A DNA stretch of 64,000 bases from Batkoa obscura (Eukaryota). The stretch covers positions 868,001 through 932,000 of the forward strand of contig JASVEC010000011.1 in the NCBI GenBank assembly GCA_030770535.1. Reading direction: 5' to 3'. Within the stretch, counting starts at the first letter, position 1, and every line of letters starts with the position of its first letter. The translations under genes and the position numbers were made by a program. The notes beneath the pieces are model-generated. The model saw only the letters and a program-made list of their open reading frames with translations, ran no database searches and was not told the origin of the DNA. Positions 53,030 to 63,627 of the stretch are shown one piece after another.

Positions 53030-54376
53030 ATGCCACTCAAGTTTGATCAATTATCAGATGTCTTGCTAGAAGGGATATTTAAGCAATCAAATCCAAAAGA
53101 GTTATTCAAATACCGCTTTTTAAATAAGTATTTACTTAAGATTATCAATTATGTTATCAACTATAATTTGACATATTCACTTTATTATTCTGGGAATTTT
53201 GATTGTTATGATGTTTATCAACAAAGATTTATTGAACAAAATGGCTCTTTAATGAAACATCTTATTATAGAAGGCCATGGTACTGTATATTTAAAATATA
53301 ATCCAAAGTTATTTATGCATCATATTGAAAACAGTAGTGATATGAATAATGATTCTAGTGAAACGAAAATCAAATTGCCACAATTAAAGAAGTTGATTAT
53401 ATCTGATTACGATAACGAAAGATTATTAAATTCAGATAAATATTGTTTAAATCAAATTGAAGTTTTTGAAGTTTCAGGAAGTTATATAATTATTAAAGAT
53501 ATAATTCAATATTTTAATCCAAATAAATTAAAATCATTTATAGTTTATTCTACTAAGCGTTTAAATCTTGATGGGTTAGATGTACTTAAATTCAAATTTA
53601 ATAAATTAAAAGTATTGAAATTAGAAGCTGATGAAATTGTTATTCCTTCTAATAAACTTGATCCCAAATTAAGTTTTGTTTCCAAGTTAGATTTAGAAAT
53701 TAATGGCGGGAGGTTTGATAGCTTTAATTTCAATTATTTTGGAGATTTAAAGAAATTAAAGAGTATAAAGTTAATAGATCGTAATGGTGATATTTTTCGT
53801 GTAAATTCAACTAATAGGAATTTAAAGATGATTAAGGGTAGTAATATTATCACCTTGGGTCATTTTGATTTTGAATCTTCAACTAATTCCAGTTCCAAAT
53901 ATACTACTATTTTTGGTATTAAAGTACTAGTTAGCGGTAGTGTTAAATCTCCAGTTGCTTATGAGTTAATGGAATTATCAAGTCTAAAAGAAATCTATAT
54001 CAAAGAAATATCAGTAGGTTTATTAAAATATATTTCTTTATTTAAAAAAATTCAAAAAATTCAAATAAGCAATTATAATAAAATTGGAAAAGCGGAAATT
54101 GAACATATTATTAGAAACAATTTATTCAAATGTAAGTTTATAAAACAGATTGAAATAAAGCATTTTAGAGCTTCGTTTAGAGATTTGGTTTTCTTTTCAC
54201 TTGTATTCCCAAATCTTGAAGTCTTTAAAGCTACAGTTACTTTTCATTTAAGTGAATACAAACAATCTGATTACTATATTACTTCTCCGTTGTTATTAAT
54301 TGCCCCTATTAATGATAAAGCGCTTTATAAGAAGCTTATAAAGGACCCAATGATAGATTGGTACGTTTTAGATTAA
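53030..54376 (+). CDS. Intact intronless F-box/LRR-like protein (copy F), 448 aa
   Basis: F-box-like FDQLSDVLLEGIFKQSNPKELFKYRFLNK followed by LxxLxxLxL-like repeats (LPQLKKLII, FNKLKVLKL, LKKLKSIKL, FPNLEVF). Confidence 0.72.
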   Translation: MPLKFDQLSDVLLEGIFKQSNPKELFKYRFLNKYLLKIINYVINYNLTYSLYYSGNFDCYDVYQQRFIEQNGSLMKHLIIEGHGTVYLKYNPKLFMHHIENSSDMNNDSSETKIKLPQLKKLIISDYDNERLLNSDKYCLNQIEVFEVSGSYIIIKDIIQYFNPNKLKSFIVYSTKRLNLDGLDVLKFKFNKLKVLKLEADEIVIPSNKLDPKLSFVSKLDLEINGGRFDSFNFNYFGDLKKLKSIKLIDRNGDIFRVNSTNRNLKMIKGSNIITLGHFDFESSTNSSSKYTTIFGIKVLVSGSVKSPVAYELMELSSLKEIYIKEISVGLLKYISLFKKIQKIQISNYNKIGKAEIEHIIRNNLFKCKFIKQIEIKHFRASFRDLVFFSLVFPNLEVFKATVTFHLSEYKQSDYYITSPLLLIAPINDKALYKKLIKDPMIDWYVLD

Positions 54377-55559
54377 ACTTATATCTAATTAATCCTTTTA
54401 TAATAATTATTGTTATTTCTATTGTTTAATGTTTTTTAATGTTTTTATTATACTACAAAATAAGTATATGTATTTTTTTTAGTAAATCAATTAAATTTTA
54501 ACACACATAAATAGATATATAACCATCATATACGAATATTCTTTATAAACATATATTAATATAATAGGACTAGGATAATAAATTAGATAATATTAAAAAT
54601 AAATTAGAAATAAAGACAATTGATTTAATAAATAGAAATTTTGATATTGATATTAGTTGATAAAATCACCAGTATTATTTAATAAAAAAGAATTTATAAA
54701 ACCCTTGCTAAAATCCAAAATAGTTTTTTATTCATCTTTTGTTAATATTTGATATATATTGCCTATGATAAACATTTAAATATTATACAATGAGTTTATT
54801 CATTAATGAAATCCACTTACAGATTATAGCTTAAAAAGTGGTCAAAGAAAAGCATTGTTGTTCATAACGAAATAAAAAAAATAAGGGATAGCGTTAACTT
54901 TTTAAACTAAGGGAGTTAATAATTTCTTAATAAATACAAATACAACTACTGTCCTTATTTTGATATAAACCCGAGAGAGCTTTCAAGATTTAAAGCAATG
55001 GATAAAGTATAAAACAAAAAAAAGGAGAAGAAAATCAAATAGAATAGTAAACTTTCGTTACTAAGATACTTTAGTTAATTCAAAAATTGAACATACACAA
55101 TTTTTATAGTATTGAATGATCAAACTATTTAAGCCTTGAGTTTAATTTGATAGATAGTGAACAAATATTGCTACTTTCACATATTACCATTCCTGGGAAG
55201 CCACTTGTGAATTTGAGTAGTAGCATTCTATTAAAAACTTGACAATGAGAGCCAATCGTCTATTTGGTAGGGAATTAAATTAAGCGGGAGCAAAGAATTA
55301 ATCATTAATGCTGATTTTTACTGTTATTATTAGATTAATAAATTTAAAGGTGTTTTTGAAAGTGGAAAGTTAATAGATGTACTTTTAAATTTATATTACT
55401 TGTAGAAAATCATTTTATTTAAAGAATCTGAGATATATAAACAAAAGATATGAAAATGTACTTTTTATTTGTTCATTTTGTTCATTTTTATAAAAAAATT
55501 ATTAGTTAAAGACTGATTTAAAAACAATATTCCCATACATTACTACTATTACTAGTAGT

Positions 55560-56200
55560 TTATATCATCTTGAGGATGTTATTATAGTTTTTAGATAATA
55601 GTGTTATGAAATTTCTCATATCAATCACAATGTTTTGATTATCAGATTTTTTTATTAATTTAAGATACAATAGCATAGTTTTGATCCTAAGATTAGAGTT
55701 TTTTCACATCAGATACTATGAGTTGTGTTTAGTCATACCATCATCCTTTTATAGATTAGTTTTTATCTTTTTGTAGATATCCTTATTAATCTAGGTTATT
55801 TCTATTTGTTTGTGGTATCATTGTGCTATTCAGTTCTTAACTTCTTTATTCTTAAAAGGAAAGAAATATTTGTCCTTACCAGATAGTCCAATTAATACTC
55901 TATTACAATAAAAATATTGATGTTAGTCAATCATATTAATGAAAGACTGAATCAAAAGTACAATTAATTGTCCTTTAATGATAATAAGTATTAATTTCTT
56001 TATATTATGAAAGGTAGGACAATATTCAATGTATAGGCTTTTCCAGAATATAGTTACATTTCATTTTTGTTGTTGTATGATTTATTATATAGTTTTTCTA
56101 CTAATTCTCAAATGGTTATTCTGATTATAACAACATAATTTGGATATCTCATAGCTACGTAATCAACAACCCAGATATTTAATCAATGGTCATTTGTTAT
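55560..56200 (-). pseudogene. Decayed partner sequence (copy 3)
   Basis: Minus strand ggtatgactaaacacaactcatagtatctgatgtgaaaa resembles ggaatggctaaatataatctagagtatctgttaggaaaa at ~30028; boundaries approximate. Confidence 0.35.
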
Positions 56201-56491
56201 CATCAAACCTTTACACTAAGGTTGATTGATATTAAAACATGATATAAATAAGTTGAAACCAAGCTCAATTAATCCTTCTCTTTTATTATTTGAGTATCGT
56301 TTCTTAAGCAAGTATATGGGGATGTTCGAATTGGCTTCAGAATTTAATTAGAAATTAATCCAAATTTTAAGTTTTTAAATTTGTAAGTCTTTAATGTATA
56401 ATTAGCTCTAAATTTAAAAAGCCTAAAATTAAATATAAAAATTTAACTTAAAAGACTTATTTTATTTATTTTATTTTTTTAATTATATGTT

Positions 56492-57040
56492 TGTGAAAGT
56501 TAGTACTCAGTGATTGGAGTTAAAAACAGTTCTAGCTTAATTAACTGACCGTAAGTCAAAAGGTCTTAGTTTATGTAACTAAGATAGACTTAAGTTAGTA
56601 AGAATAGTATCCAATAGGCTATGAACTATGTAAAACAAACATAATAGAAGATACTACCGTAAAATCTACGTAAGATGTTGTCAGAAAGACTTAGTGACTT
56701 TATTAAAGGTATGATATTAGGGAATAATTTAATTAACAAGCCCCGAGCTATTACGTTGAAGAATCTCTTTTATACTCCAACTGGGTGGCTGTATATAAGG
56801 AACATGATAACGGTTATCCCTTATTATGGTTGCCAAGTATGTACATTAAAACGCGGACAATAAGCTCTTCATGGTTAGATGGTAAAAGTTCTGACAGCAA
56901 ATTAAAGTAAGGAACTCTGAGTTGATTGTACTACATGAACCACGGTCAAATAGATTACAAGGCTACAACTAGTTTTGTAAACAAGTTAAGTAATTATTAT
57001 GCAATAATCAATAATAGAGCCGATGAAGCGATATTTCACA
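56492..57040 (+). mobile_element. Solo-LTR-like repeat (long type, 549 bp)
   Basis: TGTGAAA...TTTCACA termini; three homologs in the window; no coding capacity; no clear target duplication. Confidence 0.8.
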
Positions 57041-57076
57041 TAACTTACATATTAATATTAATCAAAGTTATAATAT

Positions 57077-57173
57077 GGATGTATTTTTGTATTTAAGAAT
57101 TTTACTACCAATTTTTCCGTCCAAATAGCGCTTAAAAGATGGAAAAAGTGATGAAGCCAAAAAAAACATCCCC
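57077..57173 (+). mobile_element. MITE family 1 copy
   Basis: atat-ggatgtattttt...aaaacatcccc-atat. Confidence 0.88.
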
Positions 57174-57701
57174 ATATGCTTATAGAAAATACAATGATAA
57201 ATTGGTATAGCTTTAAATAAACTCTTCTGTGAAGAGACGGAAATAAAAATAGATAATCGTCTTGATTTCCATGTGCTTGTTTAGAAATACTGTAACAAAC
57301 TAATAATGCACCTTAAATGATAAATCTTCTCGTTTTCTTAACTTTGATTAGCTTTTTTTAGCATTTCCTTCCCCCCTTCTCCTATCCCAAGCCTTCATAA
57401 CAATAGGGTTGTAGATGATTTATACCAGTTATTACAAGTTACTATTCAATAACCTCATTGTCCCATCTTCCATTTCCTTCATTTTGTTTTATACTTAGGT
57501 AAATTAAATAAAGGTAAATTTTTAAGAATCAAGTATAAATTACTTAACTAAAAGCCAATTAACTAGAATTAAAATATTTATTCGTATTTATTTAGTTTAT
57601 CTTTCCTTCTCTCTTCCTTTCTTTTAAACTTTAGTCTACTAATTTCAGCAAGTTGATTATTTATTTATTTTGATTTATTTTTTGGGAGCTTTGCTTTATA
57701 A

Positions 57702-58161
57702 TGTGAAATATTGGTTTGTTTAGCTCTCGGATTGATTATAACACAAGAATCACTTAAGTTGTTGTGTTCTCAAGTTCAAACACAATCAAATCAGAGTCCC
57801 CTATTTTGATTTGGTGCGAGAATTTCTAACTTCATATTGCAAAGAATATTATCTTCTTGTTTTAATATCCATACTTATTGGAGTATAAAAGAGATTCTTC
57901 AATATGATAACTCGAGGCTTTTTAACTGAATTACTTCCTGATATCGTACTATTAATAAAGCCACTAAGTCTTATAGTATTTTATGTAGATTTTACAGTAG
58001 TATTGTCTATTCTATTTGTTTTACATAGTTCGTAATTTATTACGTATTATTCTTATTCATTTAAGTCTATCTTAGTTACATAAACTAAGACCGTTCGACT
58101 CAAGGCAACTTAATCAACCAAGAACTGCTTTAACTCCTACCACTGAGTACCAACTTTCACA
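57702..58161 (-). mobile_element. Solo-LTR-like repeat (short type, 460 bp), inverted
   Basis: tgtgaaata...ctttcaca termini; ataa on both sides; reverse-complement homolog of 56492-57040 with internal gaps. Confidence 0.8.
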
Positions 58162-58546
58162 ATAAATAAATAAAAATCACAACTCAATTTTAACAACTTT
58201 TATTAAAAATATTAAATATGTTGTTTTGTTCGTGATATTTAATATTTTATAAAACTTATATTTTTAATCATTTTTAAACAGCCTTTAACTAATAAAAATG
58301 ACTTATAAAATCATATTTCAAATTTTCTTAAAATATCTTCATATATTAATAAATAATATACCATTTTTATCATTGATATTTATGAAATCCTCCAGAAATA
58401 TATATATTTAAGAATGATATCAATAAACTAATAAAATCTATCTTTTCTTATAAAATTTAAAATGGAGCTTGAATATTATTTTTTAAATTCAATAATCCTG
58501 TTATTATGTTTTAATAAAAATTAAATTTAAATTACAAACAACACTT

Positions 58547-58642
58547 GGGGGTGTTTTTTTTGGTTTTATCACTTTTTCCATTTTTTAAGCACTATTTGGA
58601 TGGAAAAATTGGTAGTAAAATTCTTAAATATAAAATATATCC
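58547..58642 (-). mobile_element. MITE family 1 copy
   Basis: gggggtgtttttt...aaaatatatcc, reverse complement of the consensus. Confidence 0.82.
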
Positions 58643-59451
58643 ATGAGAAAAAATAGCATCACTTTTTAATTAACTTGTCATTATTCCATGAGAAATTTAA
58701 TAAATATTCTCAGGATTTGATTGGTTCTATTGAAAATTTCAATAATACTAACTATTTATTTAATCAAATTATCTGATATAAAAAAACTTCAAGAATAAAT
58801 CCGTTTCAAACACTCAAGACATGTTCTTTACCAAAGGTGTAAGCATCATTATTAGAAAATGGAGTCGACGTTTCCATTTCAAATGTTATAACTAGTTATT
58901 TGAGTAGGATGTAACAGCCCTTGAAATATTGGAAATTTTATTATGAGCATGAGGACGTTTGGGAAAAGAGATACAGGCTGAGTAGATTCTTTTTATAGAT
59001 TTGTATACTTCAATTCCCATTTTATTCATAGAAGTTTACAACCATTAGAATAAATTTTGGAAGGTTTGGGTCAATCTTTTTCAGTTGATATAATGTTCAT
59101 AAGTTGTAGTAATAGTTCAAACAATGAAGTAAGAAAATTCTTACATTTCTTTATAGAAGGAAAAACATTATAATTTAATGTTTTAATTATTAAGTCAATA
59201 TTGTCTAGTAAGCCATTAAAACAATTTCTAATTAAACTTGCTTAATTTAACAAGTTTATCTAGAACATTTTATTGTGGTTAAAAATGAATAGTAATTTGC
59301 ACTTACCTCATGATAGAGTAATAAAAGTTATTAAAAAATGCAAATTTAGAATAAATATATAAACTATAGAATTGGAATGTAAGATGAATATTACTTTCGA
59401 AACTATTTAATTTCTCTCACACTCTTAATAATTTATAATTTATAAGTTATA

Positions 59452-61014
59452 ATGGACACTAAAAAAACACAAAAAAGCAAAAAAAGATGTTGTATATTTT
59501 CCATCGTTAGCATATTAATCTTAGTTATAGTCACCGTCTTACTTGTAGTCTTTTTGGTTGTAATACCAAATCAAAACAAGGGTACTCAACAATCTCAAAC
59601 TTTAAATGAAGATAATAATGATAATCAAGAAAATAATAATACAAATGATAATTCAGATGATTTGAATGATATTGATACATCAACAGAGAAACCTAATTTA
59701 CTTGTCATACCTAAAGGTTTAGGCTCTTTTGACGATACAACCAGAGCCAATTCATACTCACCTCCTCTAAATCAACCTTTTAAATATGGCACTGATATGA
59801 AGATTCGGGGAGTTAATTTAGGTGGTTGGTTGGTACCTGAGCCTTTCATTGTCCCCTCTATATTTGAAGATCATGTTAATGAAGGAGTGGTAGATGAATG
59901 GACATTATGTTCAACTATAGGAAAACAAAAATGTAGTGAAAGATTATTAAACCACTATGACACTTGGGTAACTGAAGATGATATAAAAACAATAGCTAAT
60001 GCTGGATTAAATCATATACGTATACCTGTTGGATATTGGCAATTTGATATACAAGACAACGAACCTTTTATTTATGGAGGTTGGAAATATTTATTACGTG
60101 GTATTCAATGGTGTAGAAAATATGGAATAAGAGTGATGATTGATTTTCACGGTGCACCTGGGTCTCAAAATGGATGGAATCATTCGGGTAGATCAGGAGA
60201 AATAAGGTTTTTGAACAAAACAAATCCATATTCCAAACAAAATGTACAAAGATTTCGAAAAATTGTAGCTAACGTAGTGAAATTCTTTTCCAAAAAAGAA
60301 TTTAGTAATGTAGTTACTATGATTGGTGTATTAAATGAACCAGCTGTTATGTTAACAGATAAAGAAACTACACTGGCTTTTTATAAGGACTCATACAAGG
60401 ATATTCAAACATCTATTAATAATAAAACTAATAATTTATTATTAGCATATCATGATGGATTTGTTGGTTTAAAATCATGGGAAGATACAATGCCAAAAAG
60501 CTTATTCCCTAATGCTGTTATGGATTCTCATAGTTATATTATATTTGATGCTGGACTTATCGTTAAACCCTTAGATGAAATTAATAATTTTCCTTGTACT
60601 ACATGGGCTAGTGATTTTAAACAAAGCGCAGATACCTTTGGTCCAACAATCTGTGGAGAATTTTCGGTAGCTTCTAATGATTGTGGTAAATGGTTAAATG
60701 GAATTAATTTGGGTACTCGTTATGAAGGTACCTTTCCATCCAGTACAGCAGTATGTGAGAATTGTACTTGTAAAGGCACACAAGATTATAAGAAATTTAG
60801 TAAAAATTATAAACAATTTTTATTAAAATTTGCCGAAAAACAAATGGATGCGTTTGAACAAGGCTCAGGTTGGTTCTTTTGGAACTTTAAAACAGAAGAC
60901 CATGTTAACCCTCATTGGGATTATTTTGTTGGGCTAAAAGAAGGTTGGATTCCAAAGGACGCTAATAATAGGACCTATGGCTGTGACTTGATTCCAAGTA
61001 TTTCTTCTAATTAA
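59452..61014 (+). CDS. GH5 exo-beta-1,3-glucanase-like enzyme, type II membrane anchored
   Basis: N-terminal transmembrane segment, IRGVNLGGWLVPEPFI, HIRIPVGYW, HGAPGSQNGWNHSG, catalytic NEP and GEF, WFFWNFKTE. Confidence 0.93.
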   Translation: MDTKKTQKSKKRCCIFSIVSILILVIVTVLLVVFLVVIPNQNKGTQQSQTLNEDNNDNQENNNTNDNSDDLNDIDTSTEKPNLLVIPKGLGSFDDTTRANSYSPPLNQPFKYGTDMKIRGVNLGGWLVPEPFIVPSIFEDHVNEGVVDEWTLCSTIGKQKCSERLLNHYDTWVTEDDIKTIANAGLNHIRIPVGYWQFDIQDNEPFIYGGWKYLLRGIQWCRKYGIRVMIDFHGAPGSQNGWNHSGRSGEIRFLNKTNPYSKQNVQRFRKIVANVVKFFSKKEFSNVVTMIGVLNEPAVMLTDKETTLAFYKDSYKDIQTSINNKTNNLLLAYHDGFVGLKSWEDTMPKSLFPNAVMDSHSYIIFDAGLIVKPLDEINNFPCTTWASDFKQSADTFGPTICGEFSVASNDCGKWLNGINLGTRYEGTFPSSTAVCENCTCKGTQDYKKFSKNYKQFLLKFAEKQMDAFEQGSGWFFWNFKTEDHVNPHWDYFVGLKEGWIPKDANNRTYGCDLIPSISSN

Positions 61015-61549
61015 TAGCTTTATGTCACATTTAAATGAATAAATTATGCAATATTTACATTTAAGCTTGATAAAGTGTATGATACAAATGCTTAAATCAT
61101 AGTTTAAAACATGAATTAATTTCAAATTAATTTTGTTTCAACTCAACTGATATTTTTCGAGTTTATTATATAACAAATAATATAGCAATAAAATAAACAA
61201 GAATATACATAAAATTGAGGTTAATACACGTATTAATTATAGTCTATTTTCAGTAAATTTAAGAGTAATAAATAAATTAAATACTATTTTGCTTTATTAA
61301 TAGTCTAATTCTTAAGCATAAAGATTAACTAAAAATGAAACTATGGCAATATTCGTTAATGATTCCAGTTAAATTTTATAAATAGAAAAAGATTAAATCA
61401 ATAAAGCCTTGAAAAATTAAGTTAAATAAAACATATAAATAAACGATAACTGAAAAATAGTCAAGTAAACTTTGTATAAAAACAAAATATTTTATTTATT
61501 TAATTTATTCTCTACTTTATATATATATTTAATTTAAATAAAATAAATA

Positions 61550-63064
61550 ATGGACTCCCCTAGCAAAGAAGAATTAAACAACCGAACTCAAAGGAAGTCC
61601 TTCTTCATTCGATATAAATGGTGGATAATAGCCTTAATAAGTTTCCTATTAGTAGTAGCCATTATTTTATTAGTAGTATTTTTAGTAGTATTACCAAATC
61701 AACGAAAAAGTAATTTAACTAAAGACTCTACTGCTACTGTAAAAGATGGTTTAGTACAGAAGCCTAATCTTTCAATAATACCTAAAGATTTAGGTTCTTT
61801 TGATGATAGTGCAAGAGCTAATGCAAATGTACCACCTTTAAATGAGCCATTTAAATATGGCACTGATATGAAGATTCGCGGTGTCAACTTAGGTGGTTGG
61901 TTGGTACCTGAGCCTTTCATTGTCCCCTCTATATTTGAAGATCATGTTAATGAAGGAGTGGTAGATGAATGGACATTATGTTCAACTATAGGAAAACAAA
62001 AATGTAGTGAAAGATTATTAAACCACTATGACACTTGGGTAACTGAAGATGATATAAAAACAATAGCTAATGCTGGATTAAATCATATACGTATACCTGT
62101 TGGATATTGGCAATTTGATATACAAGACAACGAACCTTTTATTTATGGAGGTTGGAAATATTTATTACGTGGTATTCAATGGTGTAGAAAATATGGAATA
62201 AGAGTGATGATTGATTTTCACGGTGCACCTGGGTCTCAAAATGGATGGAATCATTCTGGACGACAAGGAGAGATTCGATTTTTAAACAAGAATTACACAG
62301 AGTCTCCAGAATATGTTGAAAGGTTTCTTGGTATTGTATTAAATGTAGCAAAATATTTTGATCAAGATGAATTTAGAAATGTAGTCACTCAAATTGGGGT
62401 ATTAAATGAACCAGCTATTTATAAAACGGATCAAGCATTAACCTTAGAATTTTATAAAAATAGTTTTAATGAAATAAGAAAAATTAATTCTAATAGAGAT
62501 ACTATGCCTTTATTAGTTTATCATGAAGGCTTTCTGGGTTTATCTAAATGGGAAGGTGCAATGCCTTCGGATAAATTTCCTAAAGTGGTTTTAGATTCAC
62601 ATAACTATATTATATTTGATCAAAATTTAATAACAAAACCTTTAAATGAAATCAATAACTTTCCTTGTGATGCATGGGTCCAAGATTTCAAAAAATCGAT
62701 GACCAATTTTGGTATGACAATGTGTGGGGAGTTCTCCGTAGCTACTAATGACTGTGGTAAATGGTTGAATGGTATAAAGTTAGGATCTCGTTATGATGGT
62801 ACCTTTGAATCTGATAAACCAGCTTGCCCAACATGTACATGTAAAGGTAAAGAAGATTATTCAAAGTATAGTCAACAAGATAAAGAATATTTAAAAACAT
62901 TTGCTGAAAAACAAATGAGTGCATTTGAATATGGAATTGGTTGGTACTTTTGGAATTTTAAAACGGAGAATCATGTCAATCCAGATTGGGACTACTTTCT
63001 AGGTTTAAAGGAAGGTTGGTTGCCAAAAGACGCTAATAAGAGAACTTATTCTTGTGCTTCTTAA
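61550..63064 (+). CDS. GH5 exo-beta-1,3-glucanase-like enzyme, tandem paralog
   Basis: Same motifs as 59452-61014; intronless. Confidence 0.93.
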   Translation: MDSPSKEELNNRTQRKSFFIRYKWWIIALISFLLVVAIILLVVFLVVLPNQRKSNLTKDSTATVKDGLVQKPNLSIIPKDLGSFDDSARANANVPPLNEPFKYGTDMKIRGVNLGGWLVPEPFIVPSIFEDHVNEGVVDEWTLCSTIGKQKCSERLLNHYDTWVTEDDIKTIANAGLNHIRIPVGYWQFDIQDNEPFIYGGWKYLLRGIQWCRKYGIRVMIDFHGAPGSQNGWNHSGRQGEIRFLNKNYTESPEYVERFLGIVLNVAKYFDQDEFRNVVTQIGVLNEPAIYKTDQALTLEFYKNSFNEIRKINSNRDTMPLLVYHEGFLGLSKWEGAMPSDKFPKVVLDSHNYIIFDQNLITKPLNEINNFPCDAWVQDFKKSMTNFGMTMCGEFSVATNDCGKWLNGIKLGSRYDGTFESDKPACPTCTCKGKEDYSKYSQQDKEYLKTFAEKQMSAFEYGIGWYFWNFKTENHVNPDWDYFLGLKEGWLPKDANKRTYSCAS

Positions 63065-63201
63065 AAAATACACATCTTTTTTATATTATCAATAAAGTTA
63101 TATTATTTTGTATCTATTTAAAGCTTGTTTAAAAAACTCTTAGAGAGTAGGAAAGCTTCCAAGCTTTTTTTGTTAAAATAATCATCTATCGGATTAGGAT
63201 A

Positions 63202-63283
63202 CGACACCTGCAGGATTTGAACCTGCGCGGGGAAACCCCATGAGCTTTCTAGGCTCACGCCTTAACCGCTCGGCCAAAGTGTC
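63202..63283 (-). tRNA. tRNA-Ser (AGA)
   Basis: GACACTT/AGGTGTC acceptor stem, TGAGC-CT AGA AA-GCTCA anticodon arm, long variable arm, GGTTCAAATCC. Confidence 0.95.
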
Positions 63284-63627
63284 TTATTATAACTTTCCCT
63301 AGTAAGTAAAATATAAACAAAAAACAAACATGAGTATAATACCCTATTATCAAGGAAGGACGAATAATACTATTATCAAATTAATAGTTTAAGATGAAAT
63401 TTAACAATAGAAAACAATCAAGCTATAGTTAAAAGAAGGGCAAGATATAACACATGCTTAAAAAAAGAACAATAAACAAGAGTAATAATTTAATAATACA
63501 AGGTCCATTTTAAATTTCCAAAACAATGAAAGGAGAAATGGAAAAGTTCAAAGAATGAGAGTAAGAAATAGTAAGATAAAGGGAGACTCAATTTTAACAA
63601 ATAGTAACACCAATCTGATGTTTCAAG

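Noticed and set aside
56675..56863. 62-aa ORF inside the LTR-like repeat
   Set aside because: Not preserved in the other copies and has no recognisable motif
57360..57390. Minus-strand polypurine run as a retrotransposon PPT
   Set aside because: About 300 bp from either LTR-like copy, whereas a PPT abuts the 3' LTR
365..58642. Dispersed ~97-bp repeat as a CRISPR array, SINE or RNA gene
   Set aside because: No repeat-spacer periodicity, no A/B boxes or A-tail; terminal inverted repeats and target duplications indicate a DNA-transposon derivative
58780..59170. Less AT-rich patches that look like coding remnants (also ~11750-12010 and ~33250-33420)
   Set aside because: No sustained reading frame or recognisable motif; cannot be assigned without a search
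3331..62351. Short antisense or overlapping ORFs in the track (e.g. 3331-3552, 8048-8560, 17513-17854, 28946-29311, 51416-51757, 61699-61920)
   Set aside because: They are shadow frames of real genes; the poly-Leu ORF is the reverse strand of the Asn microsatellite
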